Positions 1 to 21,279 of a DNA stretch of 64,000 nucleotides are shown piece by piece. The stretch lies in the NCBI RefSeq assembly GCF_009914755.1, contig NC_060936.1; one strand, written 5' to 3'. The notes beneath the pieces are model-generated. The model was not told the DNA's origin and did not search any database. It was given only the letters and a program-made list of their open reading frames with translations. The translations under genes and the position numbers were made by a program. The stretch is from the human T2T-CHM13v2.0 reference genome, Homo sapiens. Position 1 is the first letter of the stretch, and each line of letters starts with the position of its first letter.

Positions 1-279
<279 letters not shown>

Positions 280-327
280 TTATAAAAGAATTTATACCAG
301 AATATATATCAGTGATAATCCCTGGAG

Positions 328-484
328 CAGTGCTATCTGATAGAACTTTCTTTGATGATGGGACAGTTCTATTTCTAGATTGTCCAAAAGAGTAACATGT
401 GAAATGTGGCTAGTGTGACTGAGAAAATAAATTTTAAATTTTAATAGTTAACGTGCCTACTTGCTATTGTATTGAACAGTACAG
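328..484 (+). mobile_element. MER3 (hAT-Charlie) DNA transposon, internally deleted
   Basis: CAGTGCTATCTGATAGAACTTTC...GAAATGTGGCTAGTGTGACTGAG...GTATTGAACAGTACAG resembles the MER3 consensus. Confidence 0.75.
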
Positions 485-739
485 CAGAAAGTAAGATTAA
501 TCCTAAGGGGGACTTTGGTTTTCAGGATTACTTATATTTTATAATAAGACTGTATTACATATATACATGCCTACATTTATGTATGTATATATGTGTATTT
601 TTTATCTATAGAGGTTGCCTTGTCTCATAATTATGTCTACTTGTCTTCTCCATACTCCAAATGTAACAGTTCATTGAAAGTACATATGAAAACCATTAAT
701 AATTCAAGTAATAGTCTTTTCCTCTCAACTTACTCAAGA

Positions 740-786
740 TATACATATATATATATACACACACACACACATACATACGTACATAC
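740..786. repeat. (TA)n(CA)n compound microsatellite
   Basis: Directly visible. Confidence 0.85.
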
Positions 787-787
787 T

Positions 788-1083
788 TTTTTCTTTTTTT
801 AAGACAGGATCTTGCTCTGTCATCCAGGCTGGAGTGCAGTGGTACAATCTCAGCTCACTGCAACCTCTGCCTCCCAGGCTCAAGTGATCTTCCCACCACA
901 GCCTCTTGAGTAGCTGGGATTACAGGCGGCCACCACCACGCCTGGCTAATTTTTATATATGTAGTAGAGACAGGGTTTCACCATATTGGCCAGGCTGGTC
1001 TCGAACTCCTGGCCTCAAGTAATCCGCCCGCATCAGCCTCCCAAAGTACTGGAATTATAGGCGTGAGCTACTGCTCCCAGCCT
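788..1083 (-). mobile_element. Alu (J/S)
   Basis: T-tract followed by a reverse-complement Alu dimer. Confidence 0.9.
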
Positions 1084-2540
1084 CAACTTATTTAAAATAT
1101 TTAAAACTATTAGTTTTCTTAAAATTTTCATAAAAATAAATACAAGACATTAAAAGATTACCTCTGCATCAGTGCCATACCCCTAATGTAAGTAAGCTAT
1201 TTTGCTTCTGTCACATTATTATCATTGTGGACCAATAAAGCTATCGCAGTGGTTCTGAAGTAAAAGATTGGAATTCATTCACTGATAAAGTCAGGTTAAC
1301 AATTTTAGAGAAAAATTCATAATCATTTTCTTAAATACAACTAATTTAAAATGAACCTCTTCAGATACAATGGTTTCTTTATGATTTTTAAAAACGGTTA
1401 ATTCAAACAATAAACAATAATGTAGTATGTACAAATAATTTGACCACAGATTCTTATGGAATGTCAAAATGAAAAAAAAAAAAACCCACAATAACGTACT
1501 ACAGGAGTTTTTTTTAAAAAAGCATTAAGGTAAAAGTACCTATTATATATTAATGAGTTATCCACTAGACATAATTTTCCAGTCTGCAGAACTCCACAAA
1601 AGCATATTTTAGATATTTTATTGATTTAGAAAGTACAGAATGACTTTTGTTAAAAACAAAAATCTCTAACACTGTTCTGGCTTTTAAACTTTAACACTAA
1701 ACTGTGCTTATATGGCAATCATAAATAAAAGCTGATGTAAATTCGGTATTACAATAAAGGTTAAAGGGACTATATCTGAAAAGTAGATATTTGAGGCATC
1801 AATATATATAGTGCAGCTTAAGGAGCCTGAGAAAGATTTAGGAAATATTCAGGCAATGAGAAATTTTAACTTCTTGTGAGGTTTTAAAAAATAATTAACC
1901 ATTACTAAAAAATAGAAAAGCCCACAGAAATAAAATCAGATAGTATTATTATTTAATTGCTTATTAAGGTTATTTATAATTAATGCTATATTTGGACCTA
2001 AAAACATGAAAAATAACCACCCTAAAATAAAAATATATTTCTTACATTTATAGGATAATCACTGATTAGAACTTAATGCTTCCACTCACTTACACATCCT
2101 AATGTATAGGCAGAGACTTGAAATTTGAAAAACATTTCCATGTTGATTATTCTATAGATGTGAACTTTTTAGTGCAAATGTTAATTTTGCTATAGATGTG
2201 AATTTTTATACTGGCTAAAAGTCAAAACATGCTAGATAGAAACTTAAAAAAAAATCAATGTTTTAGTACAGAAAAAGGAGAGTATCAATGGGGTCTCAGC
2301 TTTCTAGTGCATACAGTACTATGAATGACTACAGCCTCTATCATTTCAAGTTTTATTCTTGAAACTTACATTCATGCTTAATACTTCCAATAGTCTCAAT
2401 GGTCTCAGTAACTATTACCAAGATCATTGATTCAAGAAATACTTATTAAGAACTTACTATTATGTGTTTATATTTTTAAACATTTTACAGCTATACCTTT
2501 TGCTATTTTATAGACAAATATAAAAAATTATGTTAATTTA

Positions 2541-3120
<580 letters not shown>

Positions 3121-3384
3121 AAATTTTAAAAGTGAAAAAGCTTTCTTTTTGCCCTATTTTTTGAACCCCAACTAAAAGGTAATTATATCCAGAAAGATAG
3201 AATTAAACTATTTGCTTTAGGTGGGTTATGGATAATATACTGAGTTCAACAAAGGTGATCTAGAAACCTACAAACTTTAGAGTTGTGTTTAGGTGAATAC
3301 AAAAATGAACATGCGCAGTCCTTTTTTTGTTTGTTTTCCTTTAGTACAGTTTCTTACTACCTCATTTGTTAATGCTGCTAATTT

Positions 3385-3528
3385 ATTCTTTATTTTTTTA
3401 ATTTTTTTTTTAGAGATGGGTTCCCACTATGTTGCCCAGGCTGGTCTCGAACTCCTGGGCTAAAGTGATTCTCCCACCTCGGCCTCCCAAAGTGCTGGGA
3501 TTACATGTGTGAGCCACCACGCCCAACC
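3385..3528 (-). mobile_element. FLAM/Alu left monomer
   Basis: Single monomer with T-rich tail. Confidence 0.8.
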
Positions 3529-3847
3529 AATGATGCAAATTTCAAAATTACTTACGTAAATCCAAACACACAGAAATACTTCATCAAGTTAATAATTTCT
3601 GTTTTCTCTGAACATAACATATACTCTCAGCTGATTGATTTTACAAGAGCTGTTCCAGCTTACAATTCACACTAAGTTTATTCCCTGGCAGCATTCAGTG
3701 TAAAAAGCTGTGACCTACAGAGGCTAACAGAATTATAGTGTTTAGGTATAAAAATACTAGCTGCCAGACTCTGGTCTTTATGGCTTGCCAGCATGACTAT
3801 GACTTATGAAAAGTACTAATTAGCAGTACCAAGTTCTCAGAGTTCTT

Positions 3848-4500
3848 CATCATTCATTCATTCAACAAATACTTATTAGCTGCCCACAATTTATCAGGAA
3901 TTGGGCTAAGTGCTAGGGATAAGATAGTGAGTTAATATGCCCAGTACCTATCTCTCCTCTAGGAGGATAGACAATAACAAAAATAAAACAATAAAAGACA
4001 AAATGTAAAACTGCAATTCTGATATGTGCCACAAAGAAGGGTATTTGTTACTTTGAGAACCAACAACGGTGGATGTGACTTAGGGAGGTCAGGAAAGCCT
4101 TCCCTGAAGAAATGAGGTTTAGGCTGAGAGCTAAATGATGAACAGGAGTTAAGAAGGTGAAAATAGAAGGGAGAAATATTCGAGAGAGAACAGTTTACGC
4201 AAGATTCCAGGAAGGATGATCAGAAGAAAGGAATCAGAGCTACAGCAATGAGAATGAGAGAGAAGATAGCTCAAGTAGAGATAGGGACCATGAAGGACCT
4301 TGTGGGCTGGCTATAGTAGGGATTTTGATCTTGGCCTAAGAACGAGGGAGAGCCCCTAAAGGCTTTATAGGGAAAGGGGATGGGATGAGATTTACATTTC
4401 TTTTTTCAAGCTCATCGAGGTATGCACAACAGACTGAAGAGACCAAAGCAGGCAATCATAGTTGTCCAAATAAGAGATAGCAGAGTCTTCCTGGTAATAA
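3848..4500 (-). mobile_element. L2 3' fragment
   Basis: TCATTCATTCATTCAACAAATACTTATT terminus and purine-rich L2 body. Confidence 0.75.
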
Positions 4501-5062
4501 TGGTACAAGTAACAAAAGGAAAAATCTATTAGCACGGAGTAAGAAGCAACTTATATAAATACTACTTTGGCCAACAGGAAAATCCATTTTTAAGGTACTG
4601 CCCATGTGACCACTACAGATAAAAGGTTAAAGCTTTTCGTAAGTTCTATAGTACAGTGTCAGTTAATTCCCTTTTAATCTGTTTTTTAGTGCTTTATGGG
4701 TGTACATAGGCCTGTACTTTTCACATTTATATACAGGCCCTATAGAGTTAATGATTACGTTTATCAATGCCACTCTGCTACCTGTATCATTTCTCTAGTC
4801 TATCATCAGCAACAAATAATATATATTTAGTGCCTACTGTAAATGAGATCGTGCCAGCCTTTAGAGTTGTAAACAAATATTAGAAATAGTCCTCACCTTC
4901 AAAAACGCACACACTCTAGCTAAATAGACAGGGCTTAGCCCAAAAAGCAAATAAACCACTAGGTCTTCTGCAGCCTAGTACAACGTAGGTCTCATTTTGC
5001 CACTATTATAAATGGCTTTTAGTAAGTTTCAAAGCATGCTTGGTTTATTGTAGTCATTCTGA

Positions 5063-5387
<325 letters not shown>

Positions 5388-5499
5388 TTGGCTGCTTTTT
5401 AAATGAGAAGAGTCAAATAGAGACTGACTCTTGCCAGGAGAGATTCTGAGAAGATGAATTAGATTTAAAATAATAGAAGAAAAGAAAGCAAAGATGACA

Positions 5500-5870
5500 G
5501 AAGAATACATCTGTAAGCAAAACAAACAGGTCACAAATGAATATATACAGATGTTTCCATTTTTAAAAAGTTCAAAACTAAGCAAAACCAATTTACATTT
5601 TTAGGAGTACAGATTAAGTGGGTTATAACTATAAAGAAAAGTAAGAAAATAATCACCATAAAAATCAGAATGGTGGATACTCTTAAGGGGACGGAGAGGG
5701 TTCTGACTGAGGGAGACATAAAGAGGGGCTTTTGGGATGCTGGCAGTATTGTATTTCTTGATCTGGGTGGTGTTTTTACACAGAGATTTACCTTTTAATT
5801 CTTTCTGAAGTTCTATATTAAAATAGATATGTATATTGTATATACTTCTTTATGTATACTTATAATAAAA
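5500..5870 (+). mobile_element. Old L1M (L1ME-like) 3'UTR fragment
   Basis: AAGTTCAAAACTAAGCAAAAC...TATTTCTTGATCTGGGTGGTG motifs. Confidence 0.6.
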
Positions 5871-5979
5871 ACGCTTTGTTAACAAGAGGACCTGAGACTA
5901 AAGAAGACAGAACTTTGGGCCTTAAATGATATTCTGACTACACACTAACAAGGGAGTGTTAACTAAGAAATTAGCACCC

Positions 5980-6293
5980 TTTTTTCTTTTCTTTTTTTTT
6001 TTTTTGAGACAGAATCTCACTCTGTCCCCCAGGCTGGAGTGCAGTGGCACAATCTTGGCTCACTGCAAGCTCTGCCTCCCGAGTTCACGCCATTCTCCTG
6101 CCTCAGCCTCCCGAGTAGCTAAGTAGCTAAGTACAGGCGTCCACCACCATGTCCGGCTAAGTTTTTCTATTTTTCAGTAGAGACGGGGTTTCTCCGTGTT
6201 AGCCAGGATAGTCTCGAACTCTTGACCTCGTGATCCGCCTGCCTCAGCCTCCTAAAGTGCTGGGATTACAGGCGTGAGCCACTGCGCCCAGCC
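5980..6293 (-). mobile_element. AluY-like with TSD GAAATTAGCACCCTTTT
   Basis: Full Alu with TSD; small internal duplication AGTAGCTAAGTAGCTAAG. Confidence 0.9.
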
Positions 6294-6716
6294 GAAATTA
6301 GCACCCTTTTCAGCCAGAAAAATCTTTTATTGTATTTAATGACAAAATATACTTCAGTGGGAGCCAAGTTATTGATGGTAGTGAGGGAAGCAGAAGTAAT
6401 GGTAGGGCTGAGCATAGACGCAGTGGTTGAGAAACAGTTTAGAGAAAATCCAGGCTGAAGATTTGGCTAGAAGCAAAAGGACAAAGTAAAGATGCAATTC
6501 ATAAAATAATCTCATTTGGAAGGACAACTAAAGATAAGCCCTATCCAGATGGCAGAACATAAAGGACCACTTAAAATGGAAGAGTCAGTAATGTTTGATT
6601 ACAAAGAAATTATTTGATTACAAGTTTGGAGAAGTAGGTAATAATTAGTACTTAATTTATTATTTGCTTTAATGGACTATTATGCTTAAGGAAGTATTTG
6701 TTAAATTAAATAACTA

Positions 6717-7353
<637 letters not shown>

Positions 7354-7564
7354 TTATGTAATGAATTTCAGGTGAATAAGCTGTGTTAAAATTTTGGCTA
7401 TTTGTTTTTCTCATCAGGAGATAGTCACATTCTTGGAACTAAAACTGATTCTAGGGGTACAGCCTTGTACCCCTTAAACGAAAATACTGACTTGACATGA
7501 TTGCCACTAAAAATCACTGTCAGTCCCTTTCTCTGAATAGTTGTCTGTTCATCTGTTTATCTGT

Positions 7565-8327
<763 letters not shown>

Positions 8328-8537
8328 GAAGCTCTTAACTTTCTTATACTACTTTAATAAGTGAGTCAATTGATTATAAATACCACTGAATTGAATAAAG
8401 CCTAGGATTCTGGAACTGGCTTTTCAGCAATGACTATTTGCCTCTACGGTAGATATCATTTAATTTATAGAAAAATCACTGAAACCAAGCTTATTTTACG
8501 AGCAACAGCTATGTGTAGAGAACATGTAGAGTTCAAA

Positions 8538-8658
8538 CTTTATTTTATTTTAGTTTTTTGTAGAGACAGGGTCTTGCTATGTTGCCTAGGCTGGTCTTTC
8601 CTCCCACCTTGGCCTTGCAAAGTGCTAGGATTACAGGCGTGAGTCACTGTGCCAGGCC
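8538..8658 (-). mobile_element. FLAM monomer, internally deleted
   Basis: Alu left-monomer sequence with degenerate TSD TAGAGT(T/C)CAA. Confidence 0.75.
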
Positions 8659-8713
8659 TAGAGTCCAACCTTTCTTAATCTGATCTATCTAAAAGACTCT
8701 TTTAAGTACTTAC

Positions 8714-8833
8714 AAAATAAACTGCTCCAAAACTTCCATGTCCAATTTCATGCAAACCAATAAAAAGTTCCTCAGGATCATCTTTGTAGAATAGATCGGC
8801 AATCTCTGGGTCCTTCAGCACCCCTTTACGCAT
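8714..8833 (-). CDS. TAOK3: TAOK3 first coding segment (40 codons, kinase N-lobe with the Gly-rich loop)
   Basis: ATG at 8833 in context GCCATCATGC. Translates [40 protein letters not shown] (GxGxxG loop, TAO kinase N-terminus). Ends at a phase-0 donor TTT|GTAAGT (8713-8708). Confidence 0.97.
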
Positions 8834-8921
8834 GATGGCCAGTAGAGCAGGCTCTGCTTTTTGATATCAGTTAGCTTTATTTCTCATTGACAATTTTTTT
8901 TGGGGGGTAAATCTTCAGTAC
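8834..8921 (-). other. TAOK3: 5'UTR part (88 nt) of the TAOK3 start-codon exon (exon 8921-8714, 208 nt)
   Basis: Acceptor TTTTTCTACAG|GTACTG with AG at 8923-8922, directly upstream of the coding segment. Confidence 0.9.
8867..8887 (-). other. uORF2: MRNKAN*
   Basis: ATG AGA AAT AAA GCT AAC TGA, starting 54 nt upstream of the main ATG and in the same frame. Confidence 0.6.
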
Positions 8922-9019
8922 CTGTAGAAAAATAAGGTTTGCCATTAAATTATTTCTAACACATTTTACTTGGTGGCAATACAAATACATACAAATATTA
9001 AAAGCCTCTTGGTCTCACA

Positions 9020-10185
<1,166 letters not shown>

Positions 10186-10229
10186 TAGAGATATTACAAA
10201 AATTCATTTTGGTGTAATTAATGTTGAAA

Positions 10230-10460
10230 TAATAACGGTTGGTATTTATTAATCGATACTATGCGCCAGGCAGCACTAAAACCTTATATATATTATCTCC
10301 TTTAATCCCTACAATAGCTTCATAATATAATGACTTTACTGTCTTAATTTTATAGAACCAACTAAGACTTTGATGGGCTAAACTACTTCCACATGGTCAG
10401 AAAGCCAGTATTTGTCAGGACCGCAATTAAAACTCAGATCTAACAGCAAAGCCCATGCTC
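10230..10460 (-). mobile_element. MIR
   Basis: ATTATCTCCTTTAATCCCTACAATAGC...TTTTATAG core resemblance. Confidence 0.65.
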
Positions 10461-11089
10461 TTGATTGACATGTGGTATATTCATATAGAAATACAGGCAA
10501 TTAAACAATTCTTTACTGACTACTAGAAGAAATTACTATCACATGGAGGCTAGGTTAAATGCCCATGTAAAGAGGCAAGTTATTCTGCTGCTACATAAAA
10601 CATTCTGAAATCAAAGTTTCTATTAATAAAAGGACATCATTTTGACATGCTCATATATTGATCTGCCATTAGTTACATAAATTTATTTGATGTAGATTCT
10701 TTTTTATTTTTTGAAAAATATAGAAATGTTATCAATCATCTATATTTTTCATTTTAAATAACCGCTGCCCTCATACCCAGATAATCATTTATTTATGCCA
10801 ACGTTTACACTGATCACAGGATAGTTGGTGTTTCTTCTTTGACCAACTAGATAACCAAGATAGAAATTTGGTTATTGGCCAATAAAACTATTTTTCAAAA
10901 CATGGGCCAGTGGGTCTCATGCTAGGAGAAGAAAAAAAAGAAACTAATTAATTAAGTAAAACTGATAGTGCTAAGAGGTATTTTTTTCTTGAGACATAGC
11001 CATAGGTGACAACATACATTACTTCATAGTCTAGTTAGTTCACTAGTATACACAGGTCATCAACCTAAGGATCCATCCACTTACCCAAC

Positions 11090-11530
11090 TCATTCTTTCA
11101 TTCAACAAATATTGTTGAATGCTCACTATTTGCCATACCCTGTACTGAGTTTTGGAGGTAGAATGGGATGTAGTCCCTATCCTTAAAGGGCTTAGGAGTC
11201 AAATGGACTTATAGACATTAAATTATAAAGACACAAATGATAAAGTGGTTTTAACTGATTGGATCATGAGGGGAAAATAAATATTTTTTAATATAAGGAT
11301 ATTATAGGATGACTCAGCCTGTTTTTGACTTAGATGTGAAAAAGCATGCCTTTTTAGGGAAAATAAAATTAGTTCATTCAATATGAATTGTATGGGAGAG
11401 TTGGAAGGAGAAAACATGAAGCTGGTGTTGAGCCAAGGAAAATTGCAAAAGACCCTTTAAACCATATTAAGAAGTTTAGACTTTATCCTGAGGGAAAGGG
11501 GAACCACTGAAGGTTTATATGGGAAAAAGG
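11090..11530 (-). mobile_element. L2 fragment
   Basis: TTCATTCAACAAATATTGTTGAATGCTCACT terminus. Confidence 0.65.
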
Positions 11531-11697
11531 ATCCCTCCGCCAACAATGCACCTATAATCCTAGGCAGTCATCCTGCCAATCCATGGATGCCAATAATCAA
11601 GTATAAAGTTACTACATCAATACTACTGGGAAAGTAACTTAAATCCAGCTATTTGTCAATCAGGTAAATGAAAGCACAAAATGAGAGTTCAAAAACT

Positions 11698-11994
<297 letters not shown>

Positions 11995-12529
11995 TCAAAA
12001 AGCATTTTGATTTTATTGCTTATGTCTGAGAACAACAAAAAAAGAATCAATGGATTAAATCAAAGATATACCTTTTTGGAGACTATACGTAAAAGGGAAA
12101 TTATGAGACTATCTTTAAGAAAATCAAAAAGACCTATGAACTAAACTTATGATAATTAAAATATTTTCAATCACCAAAACACATTATAAACTTTAGAATA
12201 TTTTGGCTTCCATGTGAATAAAGCTAAGTGCTATGGATTTGGGGGGAAAACAAGGATTATAGACTAAAATCATTTTATGAAGAAATAAATATTTAAATGT
12301 AAAAATGAGACCATAAAAACTTCTAGAATAAATTACAAGTGAATATTTAATTACTTAGCAAGATACCAGAGGCAAAGCCATAAACTAAAAATCAATAACT
12401 GTAACTATATATAATTAATAACTTCTTTATCTTAAACATGTAATGAAGGGACTTCTGCTTCTAGCCAAGATGGAGTAACAGGGGCTGGATTTATTATCTG
12501 CCACCGGGAACAATTAAAACACTGGACAA

Positions 12530-12825
12530 GGCCAGCCACGGTGACTCATGTCTGTAATCCTAGCACTTTGGAAGGCCGAGGTGGGCAGGTGGCTTGAGCC
12601 CAGGAGTTTGAGACCAGCCTGGGCAACAGGCTGTATCGCTACAAAAGATACAAAAACTTAGCTGTGTATGGTGGTGTACGCCTGTAGTCCCAGCTACTCA
12701 GGAGGCTGAGGTGGAAAGACCACCAGAGCCCGGAGATCAAGGATGCAGTGAGTCAAAATCATGCCACTGCACTCCAGCCCAGGCAGCAGAGTAAGACCCT
12801 ATCTCAAAAAACAAACAAACAAAAA
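12530..12825 (+). mobile_element. AluJ
   Basis: GCTTGAGCCCAGGAGTTTGAG J-type motif; flanking CACTGGA duplication. Confidence 0.85.
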
Positions 12826-13356
12826 AAGCACTGGATAGAACATATAAATGATGGTATTTGAAGACAATGGATATCAGGCAAAGAAAGACAATGATCCCTG
12901 ACAGAAGATAGGCAAATGATGTAAGCCATTAAATGTTTGAGCTTAATGCCCTGGGAGAATTTCTAGGCCATGCTGCAGAGAGGGGAAATCCAGTTAGAGC
13001 CTGGTGGACTCCCTGAGTTGAGGAGACAAAGATGACAGTCCAGGTTGACCAAGGTGAGTAGAGTTGGCAGGGCAGAGTGTCAAATAGAAGAGAGCAGCAG
13101 AGAAACAAGATATGGAGATTTGCAAAGGGTTCCCCTCAAGTCTTCAGCTGAGCACTGATTAGTGCATGCATATGAGAAAACTACCTTAGACCAGGGGAAA
13201 AAAACAATCTGAAAGGAATACAAACTATAGTACCTATAGCTCAAAAAGGGCTGTGAATAGTACTCATTCCCCCTAGCCAGGATAAGAAATCTCATAATTC
13301 ACAGGGCATTCTGGAGGCTACTCAGAAGAGTCTTGCCTTCATAGTAGGGACCCTAG

Positions 13357-13560
<204 letters not shown>

Positions 13561-13839
13561 TAACAAATTTTAAAAGCAAGACCTAAAAGGATGAAATTAT
13601 TTCCAAGTAACTTAACTGTGTTCCAGAACAAAGTCCAAGAATACTTGAAGGAATATAAAAATATCCAGTATCTAAAAAGGTAAAATTCACAATATCTAAC
13701 ACTCCATAAAAAATTACCAGGCATGCAGAAAAGCAGGCAAATATAATTCATAATGAGGAGAAAAATAATTGAAACCAAACCATAATTGATATAGATGATA
13801 CATGTTAAAATTAGTGGTCAAGGACATTAAAACATTTAA

Positions 13840-14283
<444 letters not shown>

Positions 14284-14779
14284 TGAGATTTAAAAATCCT
14301 CTGCATGGGTTGCATAGCAGAGGAGACTTTGCCGAAAAAGGGGTTACTGAACTTGAAGACACAACAACAGGAACTATCCAAAATAAAACAGAAAAAAGAC
14401 TAACAAAACAAAAACCAAACCCACGACCCAGAGCATCAGTGAGCTGTGGAACATCTTCACGTGGCCTACTGTATGTCTAAGTGGAGTCCCTGAAGGGGAG
14501 GAAAGATATTAGGACAGAAAAAATTATTTGAGGAAGTAATAGTGGAGAAAATTATGAATTTGATGAAAAGTATAAACCCACAGATCCAAGAAGGTCCATG
14601 AACCTCAAGCACAAGAAATACGAAGAAAATTATACCAAGGCACATCATAATAAATTGCTCAAAATTTGTGATAAAGAGAAAATCATAAAAGTATCCAGAG
14701 AAAAAAAGCATGTTAAATACAGAATCAGGAAGGAGGCAAGGATGTTTACTCGCAACACTTACATTCAACATTGTGCTGG

Positions 14780-14925
14780 GGCTGGGTGTGATGTCTCATG
14801 TCTGTAATCCTAATGCTTTGGGAGGCCAAGGTGAGAGGATGACTTGAGACCAGGAGTTTGAGACCAGTCTGGCAAACATAGCAAGATCCTCTCTCTTTAC
14901 AACACCAAACCAAACCAAACAAAAA
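14780..14925 (+). mobile_element. FLAM_C-like monomer
   Basis: Left monomer with (CCAAA)n tail; TSD AACATTGTGC. Confidence 0.8.
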
Positions 14926-15125
14926 CATTGTGCCAGATGCTGTACAGGTGCAGTAAATAAGAAAAAAAGAAACAAAAAGCATCAAGACTGAAAAGGAAGA
15001 AGTAAGACTTTCTGTTGTCAAACAACATAATCATTGTCAAAAAATTCAGTGGGATCTACAAAAGCTACTAGAACTTATTAGTTTATTAAAAAGTACAGAA
15101 GATCAACACATAAAATGATTACACT

Positions 15126-15426
15126 TCTTTTTTTTTTGAGACACAGTCTTACTCTGCCCTCTGTCACCTGGGCTGGAGTGCAGTGGCACGATCTTGGCTC
15201 ACTGGAACCTCTGCCTCCCGGGTTCCAGCAATTCTCGTGCCTCAGTCACCCAAGTAGCTAGGATTACAGGCATGCACCACTATGTCTGACTAATTTTTGT
15301 ATTTTCAGTAGAGACGGGGTTTTGTCACATTGGCCAGGCTGGTCTCAAATTCCTGGCTTCAAGTGATCCACACACCTCGGCCTCCCAAAGTGCCGGGATG
15401 ACAGGTGTGAGCCACTGTGCCTGGCC
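15126..15426 (-). mobile_element. AluS/J
   Basis: Full reverse Alu. Confidence 0.88.
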
Positions 15427-15467
15427 TGAAATGATTATGTCTCTATGTATAAATAAATGAAAATCAA

Positions 15468-16118
<651 letters not shown>

Positions 16119-17015
16119 TTAGGGATCAATGCGACAAAGGATATATAAGACCTGTACACTGAAAATGACAAAATAATAATGACATAAAGACATAATGAAG
16201 GGATATACGGTGTTTATAAATCAGAAGACTCAACATTTTTTAAACTCTGAGAAGTTTAATCTAAAATTCATATGAGAATTCAAAGGACCCAGAATAACCA
16301 AAGCAACTTTGAAAAAGGAGGACAAAGTTGGAGAGCTAGCATAAAATAATTTCAAACTTTATTATAAATCTACAGTTATCAAGACCATGCAATACTGGCA
16401 CAGAGATAGACAAATTAATCAGTGCAGTGGAATAGGAAGCCCAGAAGTAGACCCACATATTTATGGACAACTGAGATTTGGTAGAAGTACAAAGGCAATC
16501 CAATGAAGAAATAATTGTCTTCAATGAATGGTACTGGAACACTTGCATCCAAATATGCAAGAAAACAGATATTTGGTCCATACTAACAACCTGTGTAAAA
16601 ACTGACTCCAAATAGGTTATAGAACTAAATGTAAATCTACAATAATAAAACTTCTAGACGAAGGTACAGGAGAAAATATTTGTGACCCCAGGTTAGTTAA
16701 AAATTTCTTAGTTAATAACCCAAAGCACAATCCATCAAAGGAAAAATTCATAAATTAGACTTCGTCAGGATTAAAAATGTCTGCTTTTTGAAAGACACTT
16801 GAGAAAATCAAAAGACAAGCAAGATATTGGGAGAAAATCTTTGCAAATTATGTCTCATAATGGGACCCCTGGATCCAGAAAACATAAAGAATTGTCAAAA
16901 CTTAATAATAAGAAAATAAGAAAACCCAATTTTTTTAATGGACAAAAGATTTGAACACAAGCACTCTACCAAGTGAGATGGATGAATGGCAAAAGAAAGA
17001 TGCATACTATCACTA

Positions 17016-17337
<322 letters not shown>

Positions 17338-18017
17338 TCAGTCTTTTTAATGTTAGCCATTAGCATATGGAGTGACTGTATCTTTCATACACTGCTGGTG
17401 GGAATGTAAAATGGTAAAACACTTTGGAAAACATTGGGCAGTTTCTTAAAAAGTTAAACATACACCTATCATATGATGTACCCATTATACTCAAGTATTT
17501 ACCCAAGAAAAATGAAAGCTTATGTCAATACAAAGCCATGTATACAAATGTTCACAGTAGCTTTAATAGCCAAAATTGGAAACAACCCAAATGTATATCA
17601 ACAAATGAATGGACAATCTGTGATAAATACAATGGACTGTAACTCAGCAATAAAATAAACTACAGATATACACTACAATATGAATGAATCTCAAAATATG
17701 CTGTGTAAAAGAAGTCAGACAAAAAATAGCACATACTTTATGATTTCATTTATATGGAATTCTAGAAAATGCAAACTAATTTAAAGAGATAGAAATCATA
17801 TCAGTGGTTACCTGGGGGAAGGGGGTGGTGATGGCAGGTAAAAAGGAGTAGGTAGGAGGGGCTAAAAAGGGGCCTGATGAAGCTTTTTGGGAGTGATAGT
17901 GGATATGTTTATTTCCACTATGATGGTGGTTTCACAGATATATACCTGTTAAAACAAATTATGCTCTTTAAATATGTACACATTATTGTTGTAGAAAGAT
18001 GTACCAAATTGAAATAA

Positions 18018-18681
<664 letters not shown>

Positions 18682-19451
18682 CTATTCTGAATATCAGAGA
18701 GGTGAACACACACACACATACACTTACCTACAAACTCAAAAGAGACAGGTAGGAAAACAAAACAAAAAAAAGAGTAGTGTCCATTTAAAATATGAAACAT
18801 GTAACTTCACTAATGATCAAGGAAGTAAAAACAGAAATAATATAACACCTCATTTCACCCACCAAATTGGCAAATAAGAGGAAAAAATATACTTTTTTTG
18901 GGGTAAGGGTATAAGAAAATAGTTTCATACATTGCTTGAAGAATAGGATGGGTATGCTCTTTGACCTAGTAATACACTTTTGGGAATTCACACAAGGCAG
19001 TTTCTTGTTTGTTTTGTTTTAGCAAAAGAGGCAAGGCATAATTAGGGAACGTACAGAAGGAATACGACAGTGCATCTGGGAAACGTGACTTCTTTGATCT
19101 GTAAGTTTGGGTTTCTTTGTAGCTTGTGTTTTATCTGAAGTTAGGTGTTGAAATTTTGGGTAATTTTTTATTTCCTTCTTTTTGTTTCTGTGTATTTTCT
19201 AAAATCATATTTTGCAAAGTCTATTACTTCTGTAATTAGAAGAAAAGTGATACGAAACCTTTTAGGTAATTTCAAATCTAACTATAAACTACCAACAAAA
19301 AAATGGCAATATATATATTTCCAGAAAATAATTTGACAATAGGAATCAAGAAAGTTTAAGTAAGCTCATTTCTTTTAACCAAATAATTCTCTATATTGTA
19401 AACTATAACTGAGAAGAAAAAAAATTTTAGGAAATAAATAGAAACTCAAAG

Positions 19452-19890
<439 letters not shown>

Positions 19891-19920
19891 TAGGAGAAAG
19901 CTAAGTTGTATGGACAATAC

Positions 19921-19964
19921 CTTTTTGTGTGTGGCACAAAATATTCCATATTGCTCAGATTCAT
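19921..19964 (-). other. uORF1, first part: MNLSNMEYFVPHTKRY* (16 aa), completed by 8921-8915 after splicing
   Basis: ATG at 19964, second in-frame ATG at 19949, junction codon AG|G, then TAC TGA (stop 8917-8915). Confidence 0.65.
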
Positions 19965-20025
19965 TTTAGCAGCAAACTTCTCTTTTCTCTTTTATAACTT
20001 CAGTCCTTTGTATTTATGATGCAAC
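19921..20025 (-). other. TAOK3: TAOK3 non-coding 5'UTR exon (105 nt)
   Basis: Acceptor CTTCTTTTTCTATAG|GTTGC (AG at 20027-20026) and donor AAG|GTATTG (20 nt-level: GT at 19920-19919), in unique sequence. The length agrees with my recollection of the TAOK3 leader structure. Confidence 0.8.
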
Positions 20026-20379
20026 CTATAGAAAAAGAAGAACAAAATACATAATTATCAGCCAAATTAAAGAATCAATAATTGCTCATGTGGTAGTTTT
20101 ACATATTTACAAATGTAATATTACAAAGTTAAAATTTTATCTTCATCTGTTTGTGGATGGCAAAGTTAAAAGGTAAGATGCTCAAAACAAAGATGCAAGC
20201 TACTCTTTCACAGGCAATATCTGGGAAACAAATGTGTCGTTAGATTTAAGAATCTATACTGAAGCTTCCACTGGTTTGTTTGTGTCCAGGTAACTTAATG
20301 GAGATTACCAGTAGACAGCACTAATCTGACAGCACGCGGTAATGCTACTGATTCTCTGTTGTTAAGGCTTCTATTTTGA

Positions 20380-20784
<405 letters not shown>

Positions 20785-20870
20785 TGATGATTATTTTTAA
20801 ATTATCTATTAAAGAAGTACATGCCCAATGTAGAAAACTTGGGAAATACACATTATTAAGAAAAAAATCC

Positions 20871-21279
<409 letters not shown>

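Noticed and set aside
3546-3560. Minus-strand donor-like TAC|GTAAGT suggesting the next TAOK3 exon
   Set aside because: No adjacent frame matches the expected kinase continuation (VAIKK region); the next coding exon appears to lie left of the window.
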